DNA of 64,000 nucleotides from Gnetum montanum (taxonomy: Eukaryota; Plantae; Gnetophyta): NCBI GenBank assembly GCA_015680685.1, contig MNCI01000651.1:1789832-1853831 (forward strand), written 5' to 3'. The notes beneath the pieces were generated by a model that did no database searches, was not told the origin of the DNA, and was given only the letters and a program-made list of their open reading frames with translations. This document shows, piece after piece, positions 1 to 13,228 of the stretch. The translations under genes were made by a program, and so were the position numbers. Numbering within the stretch: position 1 is the first letter of the stretch; the number at the start of each line of letters is the position of its first letter.

Positions 1-958
1 GTCATGATGTCTATGATGTCTTCGTGGTGGTTCCCTACTCTCCCTACGTCCTTGCCCTTGTCCTAACTCCCGACCTTCCTGTTGAGGTCTTTCATCTCCC
101 TTACTTTTACCCTCTCCGTTGTGCTCATGATGGTTGCGCCCAGAGGTGGAAGGAGAGTGTGAATGGTGAGATGAAGGAGAAGAGGAAGGGGATCCATCAC
201 CATGGCGATGTTTCTTACCTTCTCTTCAGCTGCTTTGGCCCCGATTGTTATAACAATCAAAGTGTCTATCCTTAGTGTGAGTGGTTATTCCTGCCGTGAA
301 CAATTGGTGTTCATGGGGATTAGAGCCTGTAGCATGTACAGTTGATCGAAGGTTCTGATACCTAACCTCTTCATCATTGTGAGGAGGAGGAACATCATTT
401 CCTAAAAAATCCATTATGAGGGGTTCCTCATCTCCTATTTCACTAAGGACATGGGGGACCTTGCCCTTCAATAGTGAGCGTTGGCTCTCTTGCCTTTCAT
501 CCCTCAAACGTTGCAAAGCGGTGGGATGGTAATCCCTTATATCATATTCTCCAGCAACGTATTCAGCAAATAAGTCCTGCATGCCAATCTATGCTAAGGC
601 ACGGAAGAGCATGTTCGGAACAGCTCGATCTGGTGGTAAAACTATGTTACCAAACAAATCTCTCCAGTGCAAGTATTCATCCTGATGGAGGGTAAAAGTG
701 TAATCAGGAATATACTCATCGGGATGAGTATAAACTATCTTATACTATTTAGGACTTGGCTGTTTTAGGTTATGTGTATGTTGCTGACTATCTTTTGTGT
801 TATTCCGAGGTGAATTAACCTTATGAGAAGAAGCCATTTTAATGGTGTGCTGTTCACCATTATATATGTTCTTATTTAACTAATTAACCCAAAGGTTCGT
901 TAAGGCTCACAACGATGTGAAAGATTTCCTAATGTTCTAATTGGTGTACAAACACTTA

Positions 959-978
959 GTCCCCGGCAACGGCACCAA
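959..978 (-). promoter_or_regulatory. Primer binding site, tRNA-Asp type (Athila-type)
   Basis: Reverse complement TTGGTGCCGTTGCCGGGGAC abuts the LTR end; matches the Athila-type PBS TGGCGCCGTTGCCGGGGA. Confidence 0.9.
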
Positions 979-1952
979 TGATGAGTGGCGAGGTACCCCT
1001 ACACTCAACCATATGAAACAAGCGTAGCACGCGTGATCCGGTTGAACTTCGCAGACTAAATGCCTAAATGCCACAAGGAACACTTAGGGTTAATTAATCG
1101 TTGTCTTCCTAGACTTACTTGTTGTTGTCATAGTGTATGGTTAAGTAAGTCCGAGGTATATGATTTTTTTGGTCTTTTCAGGTTTATCTCCTATGCTAAA
1201 GAGTGAAGGGTTGAGAGACTAAAACTAACTCTAACTACAGCACTAAGTCCTAGCGTCAGCATCTGTTCCCACTTGCCCTACACACCCTGAACTGTGCAAC
1301 TGTGGCTACCAAACGCTAATCATTATTGGGATTACCACACGTAACGCACGTGCTCAAAGCAATCGTACTAAGGCACCTAACTAGCCTAAGTGTGACAAGC
1401 AGCCGATTCCTTGACTAGTCGTACACATCTGTAGATGCTCGTAATCAAGTCATACTAGTTGCATGTTCTAGGAGATAAGGGTGAGAGAATCTAATCGCGA
1501 TGAGTAGCCAATTCCTTGGCTAGCCGTACACATTCGTCAATGCTCGTAACCAAGTCGTACTCATGCCGTGTTACTAGGAAAGCAATAAATAACATTAAAT
1601 AAACCTATCCATGTACTGCAAGGTTTATTCACAAAGCTCGTCTTTATTGCCGTACACAACTTACGTTCAGGTACAAAGCTACTTGAATAAAGAACCGTTC
1701 ACTTGGGGGACTCCTACTGTGGGCACATGGAAAATATTCTATCTTTGGGGTGATCAATCCACCAGAGCTTTGCTACTTCTAGCCTAGGATGTCAAATGAG
1801 GGGAGTGCCACCTCTTATTTATAGATTTGACGACGGACCGCGATATCGCGTACGCGATATCATAGGGGACGACGCGATATCGCGTATGCGATATTGCAGG
1901 GAATGCGATATCGCGGCTTGTGCATATCGCGTCTCATGAACTATCTTTAACA
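979..1952 (-). repeat. 5' LTR of the Athila-like element, about 970 bp
   Basis: Terminus homologous to 6600-6650 and 12290-12341; TATA CTATAAATAAGAGGTGGC (rc at about 1807-1824); GCGATATCGC repeats at 1839-1932. Confidence 0.85.
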
Positions 1953-4668
1953 TGATATTCTAATCTTATATTATTTTGATTGAGTAATAACTACATCATA
2001 CGGTAGATAAGCATACCTTAAAAGATTGTGAATAAGATAATATATTAAGTGATTAGAAAAATAGGGTGATGAATAGAGCTTTAAAATGTAAGAAATAATT
2101 TATCCCATAAGGAATAGAAGGTAGTAATAAATTATTTTATGAGATATCATATTAAGATAACTCAATATGTCTTTTAGGTACTTTAGATTCATTAGATATC
2201 TAGTAGAAAATTAGATAAGTGAATGTAAGAAATTGAAGGTTGAAATTAGATTTTTGATAGGGTAGGCCTACCTTGAATTTGATTTGTGATGTTTTAGCAT
2301 TATATTGCATCTAAAAATTAGTAGGTAATATCAAGTATCAATGAGAATTATGAAAGACTATGGATTTTTAGGTGCCAAAGTGTAAGATAATAGGATATTC
2401 GAATAAGGTTTCATTAAAAGTTCTACTAATAGATTGGGTTTTGTAGGCTATTTCTATGTATTAAGAAAGATTAAAAATATGTATTTTAGAGGTTTTAGAT
2501 TAAACTCAAATTTTTGTAAACTTAAGTTTTCAATATGAAATTTTCTTGGATTTATCTTTGGTATGCAATTAAGGTTAATTTTCAACATTAATCATAATTT
2601 TGTTATTTCTAAAAATTTAATATTTCAGTTTAAAGATTTTTATTTTTATTTTCTTGGCCACATTCATAATGTTTTAGTGTTTGATTTAATTTTTAGCTTT
2701 TAGTTATATGCATCAAATTTGCATCTTACTAGCATGAGTGAATGTTAGGGTTTTAGGTAAGTTCAACAACTTGCATTTACCTTATGCCATGTCAACATTG
2801 CACATGCCAAGAGAGCATAATTCATAGTTCCTTGGTGGTGCATTCATAGTTACTTAAAATGGTTATTTCAATGGAAATAGACTTATGGTCAACTTACATT
2901 GAAAAATTATGCTTGTAATTCTAGCTATTTAGTAGTTGCGATGAACACATGACTTAGTAGCATCCAACTCATGATTTTGTAGTGGAAAAATTTCTATGAT
3001 AAGAAACTCTTTATGATAGAGCAATTAGTTTATGGTTATTTCCCTTTATTTTCAATGCACCAAGTGTGCCAATCAATGAGCTTATCCTTTAGCCTTGCAT
3101 TAAAAAATACTAGTTTCTTTAGGGCATACTGCTAGCACTACAACCTAACTAAATAAAGTAATATTTATAAATTTATAATAGAACTTTAATGAATTAGTGC
3201 ACAATAATAGCCTAACTACCAACAAAAAACCTTAAAAATCTAAACCTCTAACCACATAATACCACTCACATAGATGACTTAGAAAACAACTAATTGTAGG
3301 ATGGGCATTACTTATGACTAGCTATATCATATAGTAGAAAAAGTAATTTGTTAACAATGAAAGAAATAATTGACTAACATCATGATGTATTATCTTAGGT
3401 AATTTGATAGTTATTCATAGGTAGATTATATAAGGTTAATGGTAGAATCATATTCAAGAAAACTAAATGTTATTTGGGCTCACAATGTAGTCACAATGCT
3501 CTCTGATCAAGGTCATGGATTGTATCATTTTTTATAACGTCAATTGACATGGATGGTAGTAATTATTTTTAACATAGCACAACCCCAACTTGGATATCAA
3601 CAAATAACTATACTTGGAATAAAGTATAATAACAAAGCTTATGAACTTCTTTTATTAAACTTATCATATAAAGGTATGCTATATATTTTGTGTCGGCTTC
3701 ATATAAAGGATAGTTGATCAAATTACAAAGACAAATTAAAATAATCTAACTCAAATGATTAGCATTTTCAATTAAATTTTGTAATTAATGAGAGCTTATT
3801 TCCTATTCCTAGTAACTATTAAGTTCCTAAATTCTTGCATATTGTAGCAAATGGTCATTAATTTTGTATTCAATGCATGAAATCAACTCTAATTATATTT
3901 CTTTGACTTCCCTTAATGAATAATTATATGAAAATTCATAAAATAGAGCTAACCCTTTCAAGAAACTAACATCAGTTAATTAGAGATATAAAAACTTAAA
4001 CTTATCCAATTGAGATATATTCAATAAGAGTAAATACTCATAGAACTATCTAGTCTCTGGAAACTTGAAAAAAAAATCTAACTTTTAGGTAGATTAAAAG
4101 AAATAATATTGTCTTAAAATTTACTAAATTGAATAATAATTGTAAGACAATTACGCTAAGTAGTTATGAAGAAGATAAAAAAAAGCATAAGACTTGCAAA
4201 CTTAAATTGAAAAGCTTGAACCTATTTAGAATGTCGTGTCCTACTTATCAAATATTCTTGATACTCGCTAAGCTTAAGAAAATCCTTTTTATAAATGTTC
4301 TTGATCCTTTTATAGTGGCCAAGGATAATTGAAATACTTACAAAATTAATGAAATTTAAGAAAAAAGTTTACTCATTAATTCCTTATAAGTTATTGCATT
4401 AACTAGTTGTTCAGTTTTTAATCTATTAATTTCTTTCACTTGCTTTTCTTCAAGATTAAACTATTGAGATAACTTATCATAATTATATATATTTTTTCAT
4501 TCCTTTAAATTACTAATTTAGTTTTAAAGTTTTTAAAGTATCTTATATTAAGTCTACATTTAGTCCTTCTATTCCTAAGTTAGTTTTGCTATTAACATTT
4601 TCCAATAGCATTGCATTAATCTTATTACAAATCTATTCAAATAAGCTTTTCTACTAATGAATCTTTCC

Positions 4669-5241
4669 TATCATGTCCCCATTTCTAAATGATGTTACTA
4701 CCTAATGAAGATGGTGCCTATTTATAACAAGTGTTATTATTATTGTAACAAGACCCAAAATGACAGTTGTAATTTAGACCTAAAAGGGTGCATTGTAATA
4801 ATGTACATGTATCTTGAGGTAAAATTTGGGGGTTTGACCTAAATCATTTATACTTGGGTTTAGAGGTCATGCTAGCATGGAGTGGTAGAGCTAGTACAAG
4901 CAAATCATAAGAGCTAGGTGAAGTAGAATAGGAAGTGTACTGACCATCCCTTCTAGTTGGTTGTAGGCCTAACCATGGTGGTAGTGCTAGATTTCCTCTA
5001 AGGAATACATGAAAGAGGAAGAAAACCCCAAGGAATACTTTGAAAGCATGATCTATATACACAATTCTACATCAATAAAGCATTATTTTCTTTCTCTTTC
5101 TACACTTTCTCTATTATTTCCTTTACTCATAATGTCGAATGTTACATATATTTGATGTTTGGTACATTGTCTTCTTATGCATAATATCTAATATAATGTA
5201 TATTTGACATTTACCATGACATCTTGGGATAGGATGTCACA
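4669..5241 (+). repeat. 5' LTR of the CCR4/5S-carrying element
   Basis: Direct repeat of 15469-16041; followed by a PBS-like sequence. Confidence 0.85.
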
Positions 5242-5746
5242 ATTGGTATTGAAGAAAACCATGATCCAAGGGCCATTCAAAACCATGGATTGGCAACAAC
5301 CTGATGATGAACCACAGAGCCATGAACTAGAAAGAATATTGGATCACCAACCAACAAAATTCTTTAATGGATATCATTGATTGATGAAGATCTAATTACA
5401 CCTCATCAAGATTCATCAATTGCAAAAGATGTTGGTAAGGTTAAAATACACTAGTCCAAGTAACTCTTACCCATCTTAGTATATTAAATATTAATTAATT
5501 AAGATCATTGTTAAGTTTCTTCTAAAACATTAATAACCATAACTTGAATTGATCTTATTTTGTTGAAACTGATTATCCTAACTAACTTAGAGTCATTTAT
5601 AAGTTATCAAGTCATCCATTTGTCAACCAGTAATGTTAGTTTCATAGAATAAGCTAGTTGGACCTTTCAAAATATTGAAAATTTAACTTTGTTTTTGAAC
5701 CCTGAGACTATGTCCAATGTATAGTACTCATTGAGATGATTTCAAT

Positions 5747-6650
5747 TAATGAGTCATGAATTTGCTGGCTGTGATATCCCAATGCCTGTGATATCACAGT
5801 CGGGATATCATAGCTGTGATATCGCATGGGCTGCGATATCACGTACGCGATATCACGTCTGTCGCAATATCGCGTACGCGATGTATCATACATGATATCG
5901 CGTCCTTCCCTCCACCAGTTCTATAAATAAGAGGTGGCTCTCCTTCATTTCACATAATAGAGTTAGATTGTAGTGAAACTTTGGCAGTTTGATCCCTCCA
6001 AAGATAGATTATTTTCCAATGTCTGCCCATAGTGTGGTGAATGTAATTGTACGACATCCTTTATTCGAGTGTGACGTACTTGGACACACACATGACCAGA
6101 AATAAAGATCAAGATTACTTCATCATTGTAGCATTCACTTTGTTTATTAATTTATTTGATTGTTATTTACTACTTTCTTAATTAGTCTCTCTCACCCTTA
6201 TCTCCTGTTAAACTGCGGAATGAGTAGGATTTGATTACACGCATTTAAGTGTGACTACTTGGTAACCCAGTGGTGTACCTAGGATCTGCGCTTGGTAATC
6301 CCAATGGTAGTCGTGCACGAAGTCCAAGATGTGTATGAATGATCAAGGAATGGATGCTCATCACACTTAGGCTAGTTTAGATTCTCTCTCACCCTTCTCT
6401 CTTAGCTTAGCTAATATTAATTTCCATTGCCTTTAGGAGTAGCATTAGATTAGAAACCCATCATACACCTCACTCTAGACTAAACCATACGTGACAAAGA
6501 TAATACTAGTCCAAGTGGGAAGACAACAAACTGTGACCTAAGGATAACTATTTAGATACCACAACTAGTTCTTCTACGGAGTTCGACCGAATCACGCATG
6601 TAACGCTCGTATTCGTATGGTTGAGTATAGGGGTACCTCGCCACTTATCA
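5747..6650 (+). repeat. 5' LTR (Athila-like)
   Basis: TAATGAGTCATGAA...GCCACTTATCA; direct repeat of 11424-12341. Confidence 0.92.
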
Positions 6651-6782
6651 TTGACACCTTTGCCGGGGACGGTGCTAGTTATCTAGATTAGTTATATCAT
6701 ACAAGGTCATTGTATAAGGACTTAACGATATATCTCTTAGAAAGAAGTAATTATAAAAAGTCACATAAATTCACACACAACA

Positions 6783-8770
6783 ATGCCTCTCCTATAAGAT
6801 AATAATAATGCCACACTTAGTGAGAAAGTTCATTGGAGAACTGACAAATTATATGACAATGAAGATTGGAGTATACAACCTGAAGTAGGGGTTTCTTATA
6901 AACATGAACAAAAACAACGTCATCACAATGCACGAAAGCATAACTTACCTGATGATGATGAACCCCCATTGGCCACTACAAGCCTAACGTAAATACAAGA
7001 GTCTATTCAAATCTCACGTAGGCATTGTAAAGAGAGCCGTCTACCCAGGCTTGATTTAAAAAAATTTCCTAAATTTTCAGGAGGCTATGACTTAGATCCG
7101 TATCAACATTTACAAGCCTTCTATAATGCCTGCACATGGAATAACATTAATAATGGGTGGAAGAAACTTAAGCTCTTTCCTATGACACTCGTTGACCAAG
7201 CAAAAGTATGGTATCAATTGTTAAAACCAAATTCAATACGACGTTGGTCAACAATGGTAGAAGTCTTTAACGAAAAATATCAAACCTACGCAAGAGTGTC
7301 AGCCTTGAGGAAAAAAATCCAAGGATGGAAACAAGAAAAACATGAACCCTTGGACATGGCCTTAGAAAGATATTATGCACTGTTAAACAATTGTCTAGGC
7401 CATGGGTTTTCTGAGGAAAGGCTAATGTACAATATCATTGATGGGCTACGTAATGAAACAAGAGAAGTCTTAGGAATGTATGCCCAAGGTCAACTATATG
7501 AACTATGAACCCATCAAATCCAAGAGCTCATTAAGCAGGTAGCAAAAGAAGAAGGAGAATTGGCTTGATGGGAGAGTGTTGAAAAACATCAATGGGACCA
7601 AAATATCAACTTAACAAAGGTCCATGATCATAAAAAGGAGAAATCAACCAATCTCAAGGTGGAAACATCATCTTTTCCAATACAAAAATCATTAGAAGAA
7701 GTTGAGGAAAAGATCGATAAGATGTTGGAATGGATGAATCAAAAGTGTGGAGAATTTATCGATATCATTGGAGATAGAGTTTTGACAACCCAAGAAGCAG
7801 GAAAAAATATTAGACAATCGGAAAGAAGGGATAAGGAAAATAAAAGCTCAATTGCCAATCATACTTATGAATGCAACATATTCCTGTACGATCATCCCAA
7901 AGGCCAATGCCCAATATTGTTACATCTACATGAGCATTGGGGACATACGCTACATCTAGAGTTCGTACAGAGATACTGTGTTCGATCACAGTGGCAACAA
8001 TCCCAATCATGGGGGAGACCACCCTTAGAATAGAGGCACCCTTCATGTTATCCAAATCCAAATGCTTATCTTGTTCAACATCCTGTTTCTCCAACTGGGC
8101 CACCATTCTCTATCACACCACATTACTATTCTCCACAATACTATCAACCCATGCCTCCAACACAACCACCACCTTGTGCACCTTATCCTCCTCCTAACTT
8201 TTAGCATTCTCATTCTTTTCCTCCTTCCACATCGCCACCAACTATTCCTAAGGTGTCTACACCACCACAACAACCCATGAACAACACTTGTGCTACTACT
8301 ACTGATAGCAGTGCAAAGCCTCCTCAACATCAAAAGCGTGCTTTTTTTAAACACGACCATAAGAAGGAACAACATAATTCCAAGGCCACTGCATCCTCCA
8401 ACTCAACACAAGTCCCACATTATGGTGCACCCTTACCTTCAAACCCAATGCCTCATGTAACTTCATCAGGGCCACCAACTCGCACTCCAACAACAATCTG
8501 GCCCAATGAACACAACCATGGGAGGCATCATCCCGATCCTTGCATACCATCTAACGGTCCTAAACATCATAGTGGGTCAACTCGTTATCTGGGAACTACA
8601 TCATATAAAGTGCCCCACTATGCTTACTATAATCAAGTGTGTGAACCCTGAGGGGATAAGTATGACTAGACTAGTTCCAATATTTCCAACATGCAAGGAT
8701 CCTCACCCTTCATTTATTACTCCTTGCCATACTCAATCGATTAGTTATGGGGGATGTCCCCCATTCTAAT
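6783..8770 (+). pseudogene. gag: Athila-type gag (Retrotrans_gag domain, degenerate Zn knuckle, Q/P-rich tail), interrupted by stops and frameshifts
   Basis: FPKFSG..DPYQHLQAFYNAC...LKLFPMTLVDQAKVWYQLLKPNSIRRWSTMVEVFNEKY (about 7060-7280); CNIFLYDHPKGQCP knuckle remnant; no protease or RT downstream. Confidence 0.85.
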
Positions 8771-10652
8771 AACAAGCAGGATTAATAAATATTTTTCATT
8801 TTCTTTAATTTTACAACTTTTTTTTTCCAATTTTTCATTTTCAACTTTTTGTTTTATATTTTTATCTTTTTATCTTCCTGTGTTTTTGTCTTTTTACATT
8901 TTCTGTAAGTAATCTCATCTATGAATAAAACACTCATGTGGATCGTTGGTTGAGGTGTGTTCTATGTTATTAAGTCATGAGTGATCAATTATTTGGAATA
9001 GTGAGCTCATTACACCCACTTATCCATTCTAGAAATAAGAGGTTCTGTTCGAGGGTACAATGATATTCTTGACATTTTAAAAACTTAAAATTAATTCTTT
9101 GTTCATTGTACCTAGAATGAAGAAGGATGGACCAAGAGGGAATGATTAGGGTGTGACATCAAGGGGACTTGCGGATTCTCTTTGGTGACATCTGTGGGAG
9201 TCATCATGCACCATGGTTGTACTAAGATCCTTGTAGATCTAACGAAAAATGGGAGTAAGAGTAATCAAAAGGGCACTCAAAAATTCAAACGTTGTTCTAG
9301 GGGGTCCCACTAGAAAGACATGCACCCATGCCTGAAGGTTGGTGATTTCTCTGGATTCAGTATTCAAAAGAAAAAGAAAAGTGCCACAAAACAAAAGTCA
9401 CTCCTCCCTTGAACAAAAGTCACACCTTGTTGTTATGGTACTCTCATAGTCGCTCATCATGGGATGAAACAATGTGATGTCACTGATTAGAGGAATGGAC
9501 TTGGTCCTGATCTTGGAACGATGGGTTAATGACATATTAATCATGCTTTACATGTAGGATTCCCTGTGCCCTAAGTCAGTTAACTCATGTCCCAATCTCT
9601 AGGATCCCTTTCTATCATTTGTCTCATCTCACTATTCATGTAATTGTAGCTTATGTCCTATGTAGCATAGAATTTTCATCTCATTCCGGTGATATTTACA
9701 TGTGTGTGTTTTGTGGAGTTACTGTGGATTACATTTAACCCTTCTAGTACCCATGAGCACTTTAAATGTGGTTACAAAAGGGCATTCTAGGTTGGAACCT
9801 GCTTTGGGGAGGACCCACTTGTGTAATCTTTTGTAATTTTCACTTATGACATTGCTTACACACACCATTTCTTACCCTCAGCATAATTTTTCAATACTTT
9901 TCTTTCCCTACTATTATCCCTCTAAATTTTAATGTTCCAATGAATCATCACATAGTCTTTTTCTCTATCACCCAAGGTCCTTATTGGTAAAACCCACAGA
10001 TCATTATTTGTGCCTTTAAAACCATCTAATTACTTGAGAACCCCTTAATAATCATCCAGATGTCCTTAGTTTACATCGTTTAATTTCAAAGAAATATTAA
10101 AAATTCGGTACATTCTCCAAGTGCCCTAACTTCAATGAAAATATATATATGTGATCCCCTTGTGCTAATCAACATCATTTGCAATTGTTCACGCAGGGGA
10201 AGTTTTTCAATTCCTCTCTATGACTTGTAATTGCACATCCCTTGTTTTCATATCCATAACTTGCTCGCTAATACTCCGATTTTCATTCCGTTTGAACCTA
10301 CTTGAACCTAGAGTGTTCAGCTTAGTTGTGGGGGAGGGGCACACATTGAATAGTGCATATAGTGGATAAATTTTTTGAAATTCATCATCACCCGAAGGAA
10401 ATCTTTAAGGGTAATTAGTTGTAGAATTAAGAATAGAATGTGTCAAAAACAATTTCATCCCCTTAGCTATACTAGAAAATTAGATTTTGAAACCACCTAA
10501 GCAAAGAGGACTCAACACTATAATCTTTCGGGGACATGTTCTTCTAATAATTAACATCACATTGAAATAAAATAAATCTATTAGGGCAAGCAGTAAGGTA
10601 TAACCTAACTTTGGTAACAACCTTACTAACAATTGGTTCCGTGTGATTGCAG

Positions 10653-11233
10653 ATGACCCTAAAACGCAGACAATAGGAAGGTCCTACTCAAGGTTTGATC
10701 AAATGAACTAGTAGAGGTGAAGGACAAGTTCCTACTAAACAACATGTAGAGCAGGAGGAACAATCATTTAGTATCCACCAAGAAGACCCTGCTGCTGTAC
10801 AATCAAGGCCTACCCTCTCTAAAAGCGGTGCCTAGTACTTAGGGGAAACGTACCACATTTGGCACAATAAAGAAGAAGGCACCATGGTAAAAATTGTGGT
10901 GTGACTATTGATTTCTCTGTTCAAGTGATTTTGGAAGTATTAAACCTTCCAAATACAAGGCCAAAGGTTGCTCAAAACTAGCTGGACACTTTCAAAATCG
11001 AGAAACTTAATAAACTGTTGACAGAGAATAAAAGGGTGGTGGAAGAAAACGAGAAGGCTGACTGGGATGCCTCTATGGTAGAAGTGCAAACCTACACGTG
11101 CACCAAGGCACTCAAGGCCTTACAAGAGGAGAAAATCCAGGCCATATTTCAATGCCATTAAATCCCAAGACCTAGAGCATAAGAAAAGCGAAAGACACCA
11201 ATGGAGGAGCCACCACCACCAGGAAATACATGA
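10653..11233 (+). pseudogene. Decayed 3' extra ORF (Athila env-like position; plant-transposon-protein-like motif)
   Basis: Starts MTLKRRQ*EGPTQG and contains GVTIDFSVQVILEVLNLPNT after a frameshift. The ATG is immediately preceded by TACTAAC (10624-10630) and TGCAG (AG at 10651-10652). Confidence 0.6.
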
Positions 11234-11423
11234 GTTCCATCATTTTGTAATCATAGGATTTTATTTTGTGTGGTGTATTTGTTTTGTTTTCTTCCCACAC
11301 TATGGCATCATTTCATTTTTTCCATTCTAGTCAGTCAATAATCCCATACCTATCCATTGTGTAATCAATGGAGCTTGTTCTCTTTGTAACTCGAAGACAC
11401 GTTTTCATTCAGTCGTTGGGGTA

Positions 11424-12341
11424 TGATGAGTCATGAATTTGCTAGCTATGATATCATAGCCAGGATATGCCAGTGGCTATGATATCATAGCTGGGATATC
11501 ACAACCATGATATCGCATGGGTTGCAATATCGCGTACGCGATATCACATCCATTGTGATATCGCGTATGCGATGTATCATACACGATATTACGTCCTTTC
11601 CTCCGTCAGTTCTATAAATAAGAGGCGGCTCTCCTTCATTTCACATAATAGAGTTAGAGTATAGTGAAAATTTGCCAATTTGATCCCTCTAGAGATAGAT
11701 TATTTTCCATTGTCTACCCGTAGTGTGGTGAATGTAATTGTACGACATCCTTTATTCGAGTGTGACGTACTTGGACACACACATGACTGAAAATAAAGAT
11801 CGAGATTACTTCATCATTGTAGCATTCACTTTGTTTATTTATTTATTTGATTGTTATTTACTTCTTTCTTAATTAGTCTCTCTCACCCTTATCTCTTGTT
11901 AAACCGTAGAATGAGTACGACTTGATTACGAACATTTAAGTGTGACCACTTGATAACCTAGTGGCGTACCTAGGATCTGCGCTTGGTAATCTGAATGGTA
12001 GTCATGCATGAAGTCCAAGATGTGTACGGATGATCAAGGAACGAATGCTCATCGCACTTAGGCTAGTTTAGATTCTCTCTCACCCTTCTCTCCTAGCTTA
12101 GTTAATATTAATTTCCATTGCCTTCAGGAGTAGCATTAGATTAGAAACCCATCATACACCTCACTCTGGACTAAACCATACATGACAAAGATAATACTAG
12201 TCTAGGTGGGAAGACAACGAACTGCAACCTAAGGCTAACTATCTAGATACCACAACTAGTCCATCTGCGGAGTTCGACTAGATCACACGTGTAACGCTCG
12301 TATTCGTATGGTTGAGTGTAGGGGTATCTCGCCACTCATCA
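11424..12341 (+). repeat. 3' LTR (Athila-like)
   Basis: TGATGAGT...ACTCATCA terminal inverted repeat; direct repeat of 5747-6650. Confidence 0.92.
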
Positions 12342-13228
12342 CCGACTATACAAATTTTGTCTTGATTGGGTTATGGTTTGAGAGATATCATTATTTAAAG
12401 TTTCTTATTATGCATACATTAAAATAATATTAAATTATTATTAAAAAAACCCTTTTGCAAGGCCAGTTGGCCCTGCTACTAGTCATGGTTGGTGACGATA
12501 GAACCTACTACACCCGTCTACAATAGGGCCCACAAGATAGTTGACTAGCAAGCAGTGACTGAAGGACCATGGCAATCCAAAATCCACCATAGATCTATAG
12601 TTGCTACACCACAATGTCATCCAAAGGCCTCATTGCCACAAATCCATACTTTCGATTTCCATTGTGCTACTACCTTTTGATTTGTCTATTGCCTCCTATC
12701 ATTGCACTGCTGACTGTCATCGCATCTACTACCTACCTGATGTCATGTTCATTGCCCTATTAAGCCTGCTACCCTACTGAGCTTGCTGCCTTGCTAAGCT
12801 CGTTACCCTACTAAGCTTGCTACCTTGCTAAGCCCACTGCTTGTCTACTACACTTGCTATGTACCTGTTGTTGCAATTGCATGCCACTTCCACCTTGCCC
12901 CATGCCATCATTGTGCACCACCATCAGACACCGATGGCACTGCCTATAATAGTCCATTGTAGGCACTGCGAAAACCAATGATACCATTCATAATCACTCA
13001 TCCCAAGCATCGACAACATCGTTCATAATGGACCATGTCAGCCACTACGGCCACCAGTGACATTATTCATAATGACCCCTTCTAATTCTAACAATTTTTC
13101 CTTCAATTAATGGAAAAATCAAATTTTTTCATCAACTAATAGAAAAATTTAAAATTATCACCAAAAATTTGGAATGCAGGGAGAAATTTCAAAATAGGAA
13201 TTTGACTTATTGGCAGTATGAGATACAA

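Larger units (their letters stand above)
1..1952 (-). mobile_element. 5' end of an Athila-like Ty3/Gypsy LTR retrotransposon (5' LTR, PBS, start of gag); continues beyond the window start
   Basis: On the minus strand the LTR ends ...CTCGCCACTCATCA (979) and is followed by PBS TTGGTGCCGTTGCCGGGGAC. The LTR shares its TATA region and terminus with the LTRs at 5747/11424. Coding-like frames at 226-582 and 63-260 (-). The outer LTR boundary is uncertain (1946-1952). Confidence 0.85.
5747..12341 (+). mobile_element. Athila-like non-autonomous LTR retrotransposon (gag plus 3' extra ORF, no pol), nested in the 4669-16041 element
   Basis: LTRs 5747-6650 and 11424-12341, about 90-93% identical; Asp-type PBS TTGACACCTTTGCCGGGGAC (6651-6670); Athila-type gag; internal purine tract at about 10328-10339; PPT GTTGGGGTA before the 3' LTR. 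Flanks TCAAT/CCGAC differ only by transitions, consistent with a decayed TSD. Confidence 0.9.

Noticed and set aside
5285-5380. Chromodomain suggested by ELERILDH
   Set aside because: No downstream YLVKW or TWE motifs; too short to support.
7810-8550. Antisense and alternative-frame ORFs over the Q/P-rich gag tail (likewise over Tat gag)
   Set aside because: Shadow ORFs arising from biased codon composition.
9054-9113. Hairpin GGTACAATGA...TCATTGTACC in the Athila-like internal region
   Set aside because: A 10-bp stem in AT-rich DNA could be chance; needs family conservation.
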